Assembly: GCA_963725665.1 (NCBI GenBank)
Contig: CAVRZA010000004.1
Coordinates: 416,001-480,000 of the forward strand
Origin: an uncultured Actinomycetes bacterium
GTDB taxonomy: Bacteria; Actinomycetota; Thermoleophilia; UBA2241
DNA length: 64,000 nucleotides
Reading direction: 5' to 3'
The notes beneath the pieces are model-generated. The model did not search any database, was not told the DNA's origin, and was given only the letters and a program-made list of their open reading frames with translations. This document shows, in pieces, positions 51,939-60,948 of this stretch (position 1 is its first letter; each line of letters opens with the position of its first letter). Made by a program: the position numbers and the translations under genes.

Positions 51939-52752
51939 GTGACCGACTCGCGCCGGCAGAGGCTCGAGGGCCTCTACGACACGCCGTGCCCTGCGCGAGA
52001 AGCGCGTCGTGGTGGTCGGCCTCGGCTCGGGCGGCTCGACGGTCGCCCTCGAGCTGGCCAAGGCCGGCGTCGCGCGCTTCACGCTGATCGACCCCGACAC
52101 GCTGGAAGAGGCGAACCTGATCCGCCACGAGTGCGACGACCGCTACCTCGGTGAGAACAAGGCGGTCGCGGTGGCGGATCTCATCCGCCACCGCGACCCC
52201 GAGGCCGAGGTCGAGGTGCTGGCGGCCGACGTGTTCGACCTGGGCGAACGTCTGGAGCGGCTCGTCGCCGGCGCGGACCTGGTGGCCGTCTGCACCGACG
52301 CCGAGCCGCCCAAGCACCTGCTCAACGAGCTCTGCACGGTGGCCGGCACGCCGGCGGTGTACGCGGGCGTGTACGCGCGGGCCGCCGGCGGCGAGGTGAT
52401 CCGCTGCGCCGGCGGCCCCGACGACGCCTGCTACGCCTGCGTGACCTCGGTGCTCAAGGAGACGGCGCAGACGCCGGTCGACGAGGCCGAGCTCGACTAC
52501 GGCGCCGTCGACGCCGACGGCACGCTGCACGGCGCGCCCGGCCTGGGCCTCGACGTGCGCCTGATCGCCCTGCTCCACGCCAAGGTCTGCCTGGCGACGC
52601 TCGTGCCCGAGCTGGCCCTGGACGCCAACGTGGTGCTGTTCGGCAACCAGGCGATGGAGGGTCTCTTCCCGCGCCCGCTGGCCAGCGCGCTGGTGCAGGT
52701 GGCGCGGCAGGAGGAGTGCATGATGTGCCGCCCGCTGCGCGGGGAGCTTTAG
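51939..52752 (+). CDS. E1/ThiF-family activating enzyme (frameshift near 51990)
   Basis: GLGSGGS, IDPDTLEEANLIRH, NKA, CYAC, DYG, PGL--DV, CMMC. Confidence 0.85.
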
Positions 52753-52765
52753 GCCCCGCACCCGC

Positions 52766-53138
52766 TCAGGCCCAGGCGATGATGCCCAGGCCGCGGTCGG
52801 CACAGATACGGAAGAGCTTCTGCAGGTCGCGGATCTCGCCGGGACTGGGCGTGGAGTACTCGTCGAGGTCGAGCCGCTCGCAGACCGTGTCGGGGTCGCA
52901 CTCGGCCAGCTTGTCGGCCATCTCGGCGACCGTCTCGGGCGGGAGCCACTCCTGGTAGAGGGACTCGCCGGTGACCTCGCTAGACGAACCAGCTGTAGAC
53001 CTTGCCGCGGAACGAGGTGACGCCGTCGCTGAACATGCTGCCGCAGAGCTGGATACCGGACTCGGTGAGGGCGCGCTCGTCCTCGGGGGTGAGCGTGGTC
53101 TCGTCCGGCGTGCGCGAGATGATGTTGTCGAGTCCCAT
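52766..53138 (-). CDS. Hypothetical MGLD-family protein (frameshift near 52980), paralog of 59680-60039
   Basis: MGLD...LC...SFRGKVY...EWLPPE-V--MA...CDP...C-DRGLG-IAW. Confidence 0.7.
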
Positions 53139-53214
53139 CGCCGACCTCCCCTCTCCTGCTTGGCAACCTGTCCCTCGAGGCGCGGACGCCAAGCACGGCG
53201 CGGTCGATCTTGCC

Positions 53215-53682
53215 TCAGGCCCCGCCCAAGATCATTCGTATCACCAGCACGACGAGGGCCACGACGATCACGCTCCCCACGATCACCGAGGTGGCGACCG
53301 GGTAGGCGCGGAAGGCCGCGACAACGGGGAGGCCGAAGATGAGGCCGAAGACCACGGCACCGACTGCGAACCCCGCCACGCCGCTGACACCCCAGTCGAT
53401 CCCGGAGCCGAAGGCCCAGGCGATACCGGTCAGAAGCCCCATGAACAGCGTGCCGAGGAGGAACGCTACGACAAAGAAGGCCACCCAGGAGGCGACGCCG
53501 CGGGCGAACCACGACGCACGGCCGGACGCGCTCTTGCTCCTCTTGGCGCCGGAGCTGCCCTTCGCTGCGCCCTGCTGCTGGGCCTCCCGCTTGAGCGCTT
53601 CCCATTCGTCGTCTGTTAGAGGCCGGCCGAGCACCTCCGCGACCTGGTTTCTGACCTGGCTCTCGGTCCCCTCGAAGTCCAC
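53215..53682 (-). CDS. Hypothetical membrane protein
   Basis: GGAG RBS, GTG 53682, three to four TM segments. Confidence 0.6.
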   Translation of the reverse strand: MDFEGTESQVRNQVAEVLGRPLTDDEWEALKREAQQQGAAKGSSGAKRSKSASGRASWFARGVASWVAFFVVAFLLGTLFMGLLTGIAWAFGSGIDWGVSGVAGFAVGAVVFGLIFGLPVVAAFRAYPVATSVIVGSVIVVALVVLVIRMILGGA

Positions 53683-53796
53683 TCCTGCCTCCCTACGACC
53701 CGGCGAGTGTCTCACAAGGGCCTACCTCAAACAACGCGGACGGCCTTTGATGTCGGCGCGTCTCGCCCGTCTCTGGGTTGAAACGGGAGGTGCAAG

Positions 53797-53997
53797 ATGA
53801 CGGGCAACGGTAACGAAACCGGGCGCGGCGCCCGCGCCGGTCAGCTCAGTCCGCAGGACGTCGAGCGCCTGTTCGACGGCGGATATCGCGACATCGAGAT
53901 CCTGCCCGACGGCACGCTGCGAGAGACCGTCCGCGGCGGCAATCCCGTCGACGAGGCGGTCACGCGGACGCTCAAGACCGAGCGCACCTGGTACTGA
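53797..53997 (+). CDS. 66-aa orphan peptide
   Basis: GGGAGG RBS 6 nt upstream; high-GC third positions; internal LRETVRGG; ends TLKTERTWY. Confidence 0.7.
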   Translation: MTGNGNETGRGARAGQLSPQDVERLFDGGYRDIEILPDGTLRETVRGGNPVDEAVTRTLKTERTWY

Positions 53998-54049
53998 GTC
54001 ACCGCGCACCCGCGACCTCGACGACCGCGGCGGACTGCAGCGGTGAGGA

Positions 54050-54088
54050 ATGGGGCGGCGGGGCGGCTGCGCCGCCCCGCCGCCCCAT
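54050..54088. repeat. Intergenic palindrome, copy 2 (possible terminator of the peptide gene)
   Basis: ATGGGGCGGCGGGGCGGC-TGC-GCCGCCCCGCCGCCCCAT, near-identical to 46272-46304. Confidence 0.7.
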
Positions 54089-54350
54089 CGATCCCAACGG
54101 CCACTCGCATCGCCCCGCCCGTGGCGACAAGAGGGGTCTGTGGAGCGGGCGCCGGTGCGCTGGTACAATCGAAAGCAGACGCACCGAATGGGGGAGGGTG
54201 CATGGGCGATTTGCGGGGACTTCATGACCAGAGCCGAACGGCACCCGCCACGCGTGCCCGCGCCGCCCGCCCCGATTCCTTCGTCCCCGTCGCCTCGGCG
54301 GACAGCACTTGTCCCAGCCCGGCGGCCCCGGATCGCATGAGGAGGCAGCA

Positions 54351-54860
54351 GTGACTGGAGAGAATGACAAGTTCGGCGTCGATTTCGGCGACCTTGGGGT
54401 ACAGCAGCCCAGACCGGAGCCGGCCACGTTCACACCGGCGCGTCCCGCGACGACCCGGCGGGGCGGCGGCGGCAAGGCGGTCAGGGTGATCTTCAGCCTC
54501 ATCGGCCTGGTGGCCGGCGTGCTGGGCGCCATCTACGCCTACCGGGCCACCTCGTCGTGGTTCCTCGTCGTCTTCACGTTCTTTCTGGTCCAGTGGCTCA
54601 TCGGCCGCGGCTTCGGCCAGGTCCTCACCGAGCGACGCAAGGTGCAGCGCTTCTTCTACTACCTCATCCCCACGGTCACGGCTGTCGGCGCCCTCTACTT
54701 GGCGCAGCGCCTTTGGGACACGTGGTGGCTGTCGGTGGTGCTCGGCGTCTGCGTCGGCTTCTTCATCGGCATGATCGCCGTGGCGCTCCTCTTCCCGGGC
54801 GTCGCCTTGCAGGAGACGGAGGATTCCACGAGCAGGGCCAAGGCGCAGTTCGGACTGTAG
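54351..54860 (+). CDS. Four-TM hypothetical membrane protein
   Basis: GAGGAGG RBS, GTG 54351, four hydrophobic segments. Confidence 0.65.
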   Translation: MTGENDKFGVDFGDLGVQQPRPEPATFTPARPATTRRGGGGKAVRVIFSLIGLVAGVLGAIYAYRATSSWFLVVFTFFLVQWLIGRGFGQVLTERRKVQRFFYYLIPTVTAVGALYLAQRLWDTWWLSVVLGVCVGFFIGMIAVALLFPGVALQETEDSTSRAKAQFGL

Positions 54861-54946
54861 CGTCGGGCGGCGGGATTGAATGGCTCGCGCGGACGGGGGT
54901 AGGGTCTAAAGGAGGAGCGGCTCGCTACACGACGGGCGCGTGACAC

Positions 54947-56680
54947 ATGACAGAGAGCTCAGACACCGGCACAGGCGAAGGTGCCAAGTTCGGCATCTTC
55001 ATCAGCTACCGCCGCAGGGACACGGCGGCCGGCTACGCAGGCCGCCTCCGGGGCGATCTCAGGCGCGAGCTCCCTGATGCGGAGATCTTCTTCGACGTCG
55101 AGTCGATGCCGCAGTTCATCGGCAAGAAGTTCTCGGTGATCATCGACAGGACGCTCGCCTCCTCCGACGTGCTGCTGGCGATGATCGGTACCGAATGGGC
55201 CGCCATCACCAAGGAGCGCGAGCAGGACAAGAGGGACTGGGTGCGCCGCGAGATCGCGGCGGCGCTCGAGCGCGACATCAGGGTCGTACCGCTGCTCGTC
55301 GAGGGCGCGGTCATGCCCGACGAGGACGAGCTACCGGAGGACATCGCCGACCTAGCCGAGTTTCAGGCCCACGACATTGGTAACAAGACCTGGGACCACG
55401 GCGTTCGGACCATCGCCGCCATGATCAGGGAAGCCCAGGCGGAGAAAGGGCTGGTTGCCAAGCCTGAGCAACCGCCCGGGCGGGAGCCCGAGCCCGAGGC
55501 CGAGATGACCGCCGGGCCGCAGCCCGAGTCGGCGGCCGCGCGCGAAGAGGAGGAGAGGCGCAAGCGGGCCATGGCCGACATGCTGAGCATGGCCCAGGCG
55601 GCGAAGATGCCGGTGGCCGAGGCTGAGCCGCCCATCGTCGAACCCGCTGCCGAGGCGGAGGCCGAGACTACAGCCGCTCGCGAGGCCGCGGCGGCGGCCA
55701 CCCGCGAAGCCGAAGAGAAGGCCGCTCGCGAGGCGGAGGAGAAGGCGCAGCGCGCACAAGAGGCCAAGGCCAAGCGCGCGGCCGCCGCCAAGGCCAGACG
55801 CGAGGCTGCCGCCAAGGCCAAACCTGAAGAAGAGGAGAGGCTCAAGCGCGAGGCCGCAGAGAGCTCCGGCCACCGACCCCTCAGCGAGATCCTCGACGAG
55901 ACCGGCCTCACCTATCGCCAGGTCGGCAACGCGTTCGGGCTGCTGTTCCACGCCGAGAAGGCCGAGCAGGTGGCCGTCGCGGTGCAGGACGTGGCCCACG
56001 ATATCGTCCTCTTCAGCACGCCGAGCCCCAACCCCGGGGGCTCCAAGGAGGAGAGTTGGCTGCACAATCTCCTGCGCCTGAGCCTCGCGGCCGACTACAT
56101 CAAGGCGGTCGCCAGGGGCTCCGACGTGCGCCTGGCCTGCGAGATCCCGCGCGCGATGCTCACTCCCAAGGTCGCCGAGGGCCTGATCCGCGGCCTCGCC
56201 TACCTGGCCGACTCCACCGCTAACGACTTCACCAGCGACGCCGGCTGGCGCGAGCTGCAGCTGGGCTGTGCCCAGCGGCAGAGCCACTTCTTCGACATCG
56301 ACGCCGAGCAGGCCAAGGCCGAGGTCGAGCGCCTGGCAGAGAAGAAGGGCATCAGGACCGACAGCGAGGGAGGCAGCCTGCGTCTGCACCTGCCGCTGGC
56401 CGGCACCGAGACCAGGGTGGTCGTGCACACCTCGAGCACGGTGGTCAGCTTCGCGGCCTACTTCTCCGACCTGAAGCCCAGCGGCGACAAGGTCGCCTAC
56501 ATGCGCCGCATGCTCGAGCTGTCGGGCACCGTCGACGTCGCGCGGCTGGTCTTGGACTCCGACGGCGACGCGGCCTTCTTCTACGAGGTGCCCGAGGTGG
56601 CGCCCGACACCCTCGACCAGATCGAGGCGCAGTTCACCATGCTGCTGATCGGCATGGCGGTGGTGCACGTCGGGGCCTAG
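54947..56680 (+). CDS. TIR domain - Ala/Glu/Lys coiled coil - tandem YbjN/CesT-like domain protein
   Basis: IFISYRRRD, DWVRREI; TolA-like linker; two C-terminal repeats with L-L----------LDSDGD pattern. Confidence 0.75.
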   Translation: MTESSDTGTGEGAKFGIFISYRRRDTAAGYAGRLRGDLRRELPDAEIFFDVESMPQFIGKKFSVIIDRTLASSDVLLAMIGTEWAAITKEREQDKRDWVRREIAAALERDIRVVPLLVEGAVMPDEDELPEDIADLAEFQAHDIGNKTWDHGVRTIAAMIREAQAEKGLVAKPEQPPGREPEPEAEMTAGPQPESAAAREEEERRKRAMADMLSMAQAAKMPVAEAEPPIVEPAAEAEAETTAAREAAAAATREAEEKAAREAEEKAQRAQEAKAKRAAAAKARREAAAKAKPEEEERLKREAAESSGHRPLSEILDETGLTYRQVGNAFGLLFHAEKAEQVAVAVQDVAHDIVLFSTPSPNPGGSKEESWLHNLLRLSLAADYIKAVARGSDVRLACEIPRAMLTPKVAEGLIRGLAYLADSTANDFTSDAGWRELQLGCAQRQSHFFDIDAEQAKAEVERLAEKKGIRTDSEGGSLRLHLPLAGTETRVVVHTSSTVVSFAAYFSDLKPSGDKVAYMRRMLELSGTVDVARLVLDSDGDAAFFYEVPEVAPDTLDQIEAQFTMLLIGMAVVHVGA

Positions 56681-56705
56681 CGGCGGGGGGGCGGGGGCGG
56701 CACCA

Positions 56706-56790
56706 GGGCGTTCAGGTGATCTTCGTCCTCTTCGGCCGGCCGGTGTGCTGGCCGCAACTACGCCTACCGGGCCACCTCGTCGTGGTTCGT
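56706..56790 (+). repeat. Degenerate duplicate of 54476-54563
   Basis: 31-bp exact match CTACGCCTACCGGGCCACCTCGTCGTGGTTC at 54533-54563 and 56758-56788, plus upstream similarity. Confidence 0.8.
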
Positions 56791-56894
56791 GCTGTAGCGC
56801 CGTGGCGGCAGCCGCGCCCGGCGCCGATATCAGTATCGGGGCTTCGTGCCTCCCGTTCACTGTGTCGGCCTTCAGGGACAGGAGGTAGGCGGCC

Positions 56895-57872
56895 GTGAAC
56901 TTCATCATCGAGTCTGAGGCTCCGGACTTCGTCGCAGACGTCGACGCGGCCGGCGTCGGCGCCCTCTGGGTCTCTCCCCACGGCACGATCCTGTTCGCGG
57001 GCACGGGCAGTGGCCAGGTGGTGGAGCTGAACGCGTTGACCGGCGAACGACTCGCGAGCCACGTGGTCTGCTCCTCGGAATCATCGTTGGGCGCCTGCAG
57101 TCTGCAGTCCTGCTCGGCGGACCCTGAGCGCACCATGATCGCCTGGGCAGCCGGCGGCGGCCACGTGGGAGTGATCGGCGTCGCGAGCGGTACGGTGACT
57201 TACCGCTTCGATGAGCCGCGGCCCATGGCGATGGCATGGTGCGCCCTCGATCCCAAAGGGCGCGGCTTGTGGCACACAGCCGCACCAAGCCACGCGCTCG
57301 TCGAGTTCCCCACGCACGTCGTCCTCATCGACGTCGCCTCCGGCCGCGGGCTGGCCGACCTGCGACGGCGCCCCGGGAGCCTCCTCGGTCTGCGCCAGCC
57401 GGGTCTCAGCTCGGTCGCTCTGAGCGACGACGGAAGGCACCTCGCCCTCGGCTGTCGCGACGGCACCGTGGGACTCTTCGACGCCATCGGCTTCAAACGA
57501 CTGGAGCACAAACGCGCGCACTGGGACCTGGTCTCGGTCTGCGCCTTCAGTCCTGACGGCCAGTGCCTCGTCACCGGCGGCTACAAGCACGCTCCCGAAG
57601 TCAAGGTCTGGTCGCTTCCCGGACTCTCCAAGCTGGCGACGTTCGAGGGCCACCGGGGAGGCGTCTGGAGCTGCGCAATGAGCCCCGACGGCGAGATCAT
57701 CGCCTGTGGCACGGGGGACGGGCTCATCACCTTGCACGACCTGTCTCAGAGTCGACGGGAGCAGACCTTCGAGGGTCACACGGACGTCGTCGCTGCGGTC
57801 GCTTTCGCACCCAGCGGACGCCGTCTCTTCTCGGCGTCGGGCGACGGCACGGTGCGGGCGTCGTCTGTGTAG
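56895..57872 (+). CDS. WD40 repeat protein
   Basis: AH..VSVCAFSPDG, GHRGGVWSCAMSPDG, GHTDVVAAVAFAPSG. Confidence 0.88.
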   Translation: MNFIIESEAPDFVADVDAAGVGALWVSPHGTILFAGTGSGQVVELNALTGERLASHVVCSSESSLGACSLQSCSADPERTMIAWAAGGGHVGVIGVASGTVTYRFDEPRPMAMAWCALDPKGRGLWHTAAPSHALVEFPTHVVLIDVASGRGLADLRRRPGSLLGLRQPGLSSVALSDDGRHLALGCRDGTVGLFDAIGFKRLEHKRAHWDLVSVCAFSPDGQCLVTGGYKHAPEVKVWSLPGLSKLATFEGHRGGVWSCAMSPDGEIIACGTGDGLITLHDLSQSRREQTFEGHTDVVAAVAFAPSGRRLFSASGDGTVRASSV

Positions 57873-57941
57873 GAGGCGACCCGGCCGCGATCTCGAGGGG
57901 ACTGGTGACGTGTAGCGCAAGCGCCGGCATCGAGCAGAGGA

Positions 57942-58991
57942 GTGAGTCGGCCCGCGCAACCACGGCTTGTCCACGTCCTGCGCGGCCACAGTGGCGCGGT
58001 GACCGACTGCCGCTTCTCGCGCGACGGGCGGCTGGCGGTCAGCGCCGGCGTCGACCTCTCCGTGCGTGTCTGGGATCTGACCAGCGGCGGGCGGGTGTGC
58101 GTGGCCGGCGAGCCGCGCGACATGAGTATGTCGGCCGATCCGAAAGCGATGGCGCACTACGCGCTGGCACGTGTCATCTCTGCCTACGCCGGCGCCATCC
58201 GGTGCTGTGCTTTCGACTCCGAGGGGCGCCGCGCGCTCGCGGTCGGTCCCGGCGAGACACTGACGCTGTGGGATGCAGCCAGCGGAGCCGCGCTCAGCCA
58301 AGTCGACGACCCGGGCGGGCACGTGCAGGGCGTGTTGATCGACGACCAGCGCGACGCCCTCTCCGTGCACCTCGCCACCGACGAGCACGAGTACCTGCGC
58401 GCGGAGTTCTCAATGGACGACGGCCGTCAGACCGAGCTCGAACACCGGCCGCTGCCAACCTTGCACGTCGTCGGCAGTCCTGACGGTCGGCGCGCGGTCG
58501 TCGTCGACCCCGACGGCCTGATGCAGGTCGCCGACTTCACGACCATGCCTGAGACCGAGCCTATGTGGGCCGAGCGCGCCTGCATCGTGTGGCTGAATGC
58601 CCACGACCGCACCGGCGGCGTCGATACGCGAGGTCGCTGTGTGGCCGCGGGCAACCGCTACTGTGCCAGGGCGGAGCTGGGGCGGGCCGATGTGTTCGAC
58701 ATGGTCGAGCATCGGCCCGCCCCGTCGCTCCCCGGCCACCCGGACAGCGTCATCACCGCGCTCGACGTCGCGCCGGACCGCGCCCTCGCGGCCACGACCG
58801 CCCTCGACAAGACCGCGCGCTTGTGGGACCTCGAGACCGGGCAGGAGGTGGCGCGCATCGAGTGCGAGCAGGCCACCGAGACGTGCGCCCTGTCGCCCGA
58901 CGGCCGCCGCCTGCTCGTAGGCACCGGGCTGCTCGAGGTTGCCGAGCCCGGTGGGCCTTACGGTGAGGTCCAAGTCTGGCGGATCGACTGA
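57942..58991 (+). CDS. WD40 repeat protein
   Basis: GHSGAVTDCRFSRDG..VRVWD, TLTLWD, GHPDSVIT..DKTARLWD. Confidence 0.85.
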   Translation: MSRPAQPRLVHVLRGHSGAVTDCRFSRDGRLAVSAGVDLSVRVWDLTSGGRVCVAGEPRDMSMSADPKAMAHYALARVISAYAGAIRCCAFDSEGRRALAVGPGETLTLWDAASGAALSQVDDPGGHVQGVLIDDQRDALSVHLATDEHEYLRAEFSMDDGRQTELEHRPLPTLHVVGSPDGRRAVVVDPDGLMQVADFTTMPETEPMWAERACIVWLNAHDRTGGVDTRGRCVAAGNRYCARAELGRADVFDMVEHRPAPSLPGHPDSVITALDVAPDRALAATTALDKTARLWDLETGQEVARIECEQATETCALSPDGRRLLVGTGLLEVAEPGGPYGEVQVWRID

Positions 58992-59174
58992 CCGGACTAG
59001 GTGGAGCGCCCGGGCTGGCACAGACAGCCGCAGGGCCGGCAAGCTGCATACGCTCAGGCGTGCTGCGCTGCGCGTGGATAGGCAGGGGGCACATGGCGCT
59101 CCCCGGTCGTTGACAGTCGAGCTCACTAGACGCATTGTAGGGGCATCGTCGTCCTACGATATTGGGGAGGAGCC

Positions 59175-59612
59175 GTGGCCGTCAGGGATTCATACACCGC
59201 ATCGGAGTGGCGGACGCTCGAGTTCGCGCTGCTGTGGGCGTTCATGGGCGTCGCCTACGTCGACGGCAACGTTGATGAAGCCGAGTTCGGCGTGCTCGCA
59301 AAGGAGCTGGCGGAGTCACTTCTCTACAAGGACGAGCTTACACGCAACGTGCTCACGTCGATCGCCGCCGACCTCGAAGGGACGATGAAAGACTTCTTTG
59401 CGGATGGGCGTAACTTCCTCACAGGGCTCCAGGAAGCGGCAGCCGTCCTGGCGGCAAAGGCTGCGTCGGAGAGTGCGGACGATCTCAAGAAGACCATCCT
59501 CGCGATCTGTGCTCGCGCTGCCGCGGCATCGGGCACACCCGGCGACGAGATATCAGCGGACGAGAATCTGGCTTTCGGGGCGGTCGCGGCCGCACTCGGG
59601 GTCAGGCTCTAG
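59175..59612 (+). CDS. TerB-like protein
   Basis: VAYVDGNVDEAE and AAASG...ISADE metal-binding-type repeats. Confidence 0.65.
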   Translation: MAVRDSYTASEWRTLEFALLWAFMGVAYVDGNVDEAEFGVLAKELAESLLYKDELTRNVLTSIAADLEGTMKDFFADGRNFLTGLQEAAAVLAAKAASESADDLKKTILAICARAAAASGTPGDEISADENLAFGAVAAALGVRL

Positions 59613-59679
59613 CTCGCTCCATCGACTCGGTCCGGCGGTCGCTCTCGGGTACGGTCGCCGACGAGGAGGATGGGGGACC

Positions 59680-60039
59680 ATGGGGCTCGACACCTACGCT
59701 TCGCGCTTGCGTGACGAGATCGTGCTGACACCCGCCGACGAGGCCGCCTTCGCTGGTCTCGACCTGCCGCTGTGTGAGTGGACCACTGGCGGCTCCTTCC
59801 GCGGCAAGGTCTACCTCGACGTGGTCGACCGGGTGGCCGGCATGAACCTGGGCGAGGAGTGGATCCCGCCCGAGGACGTGGCCCGCATGGCGCAGGCCTT
59901 TGAAGCCTGCGACCCCGAGTCGGTGGCGGCCGCCTCGCAGAACGACCACTATCCGGTGGACGCCGACGAGGTGCGTGCCCTGCGCGCCCTGTTGCGGCTC
60001 TGCGCCGAGCGCGGCATTGGGCTCGTCGGGTCGTGGTGA
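59680..60039 (+). CDS. Hypothetical MGLD-family protein, paralog of 52766-53138
   Basis: MGLD...LC...SFRGKVY...EWIPPEDV..MA...CDP...CAERGIGLVGSW. Confidence 0.75.
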   Translation: MGLDTYASRLRDEIVLTPADEAAFAGLDLPLCEWTTGGSFRGKVYLDVVDRVAGMNLGEEWIPPEDVARMAQAFEACDPESVAAASQNDHYPVDADEVRALRALLRLCAERGIGLVGSW

Positions 60040-60406
60040 GACGGAGCGACGACTAACTGCTGGCACGGCGGGCATTGCGCGGACTGGGGCGGTACCGGAC
60101 GCGCCGCCTTCCGCTCGGTTGGAGCCGCCGCTGTTGCGGAGCGACCAGCCACGGCTTCGTGAATCCGCCGAAGACGCTACAGTGCGCGCCAGGACGGATA
60201 CGACCTGCCGCGCAGCGAGTGAAGGGACCGCGACGTACCATTGCGCTAGTCGCCGCGGTCCGACGGGCGTATAACAGGCAAGGAGAGCGCGAGAGAACCC
60301 GGAGCGTGGTAGCCGCGGCGTCGCGGCTCTGGCTCGCGCAAACGGCTGGGGGGGCGATGCCGCACACAACGCGCACGTTTCGAGTCTTCGTTCTCATGGA
60401 GAGCAT

Positions 60407-60931
60407 GTGACGGCGGCCGAACGGGTGGTCCGCGTGGGGGTCACGGGCCACCGCACGTTCGCCGATGTCGATGCGGTCGCGGTGCGCGTGCGTGCCGTCC
60501 TCGGGCGTCTGCTGCGCCTCGCGGGCGACGAGGGCGACGGCGCCCGGGTGCGGCTCGAGGTGATCTCGCCGCTCGCCGAGGGCGCCGACCGCCTCGTCGC
60601 CCGCGAGGCGCTCGCCCTGCCCGGCGCGACCCTGGTGGCGGCACTGCCCTTCCCCCAAAGCGACTACGCGCAGGACTTCGCCAGCGAGCAGTCGCAGCGC
60701 GAGTACAGCGATCTCCTTGCTCGGGCGCAGGCGGTCGAGGTGATGCCGCCGGTGGCCACGCGCGAGGCCGGCTACGAACAGGTCGGCCGTTGGGTCGTCG
60801 ACCACAGCGACGCTGTCGTCGCTCTCTGGGACGGAGAGCTCTCTCGCGACCAGGGTGGTACGTCCGGGGCCGTCGCGTATGCTGCGAAGCGTGGTGTGCC
60901 GTTGCTCTGGGTGCACGTGAGCCGGCCCTAG
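60407..60931 (+). CDS. SLOG (YpsA-like) domain protein
   Basis: VGVTGHR, SPLAEGAD, LPF, ALWDG...GGT motifs. Confidence 0.82.
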   Translation: MTAAERVVRVGVTGHRTFADVDAVAVRVRAVLGRLLRLAGDEGDGARVRLEVISPLAEGADRLVAREALALPGATLVAALPFPQSDYAQDFASEQSQREYSDLLARAQAVEVMPPVATREAGYEQVGRWVVDHSDAVVALWDGELSRDQGGTSGAVAYAAKRGVPLLWVHVSRP

Positions 60932-60948
60932 GAAGGGGTGGGGGACCC

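Noticed and set aside
50466-52752. Type II CBASS
   Set aside because: No CD-NTase or Cap effector is adjacent, although the E2 resembles CBASS-associated E2 proteins
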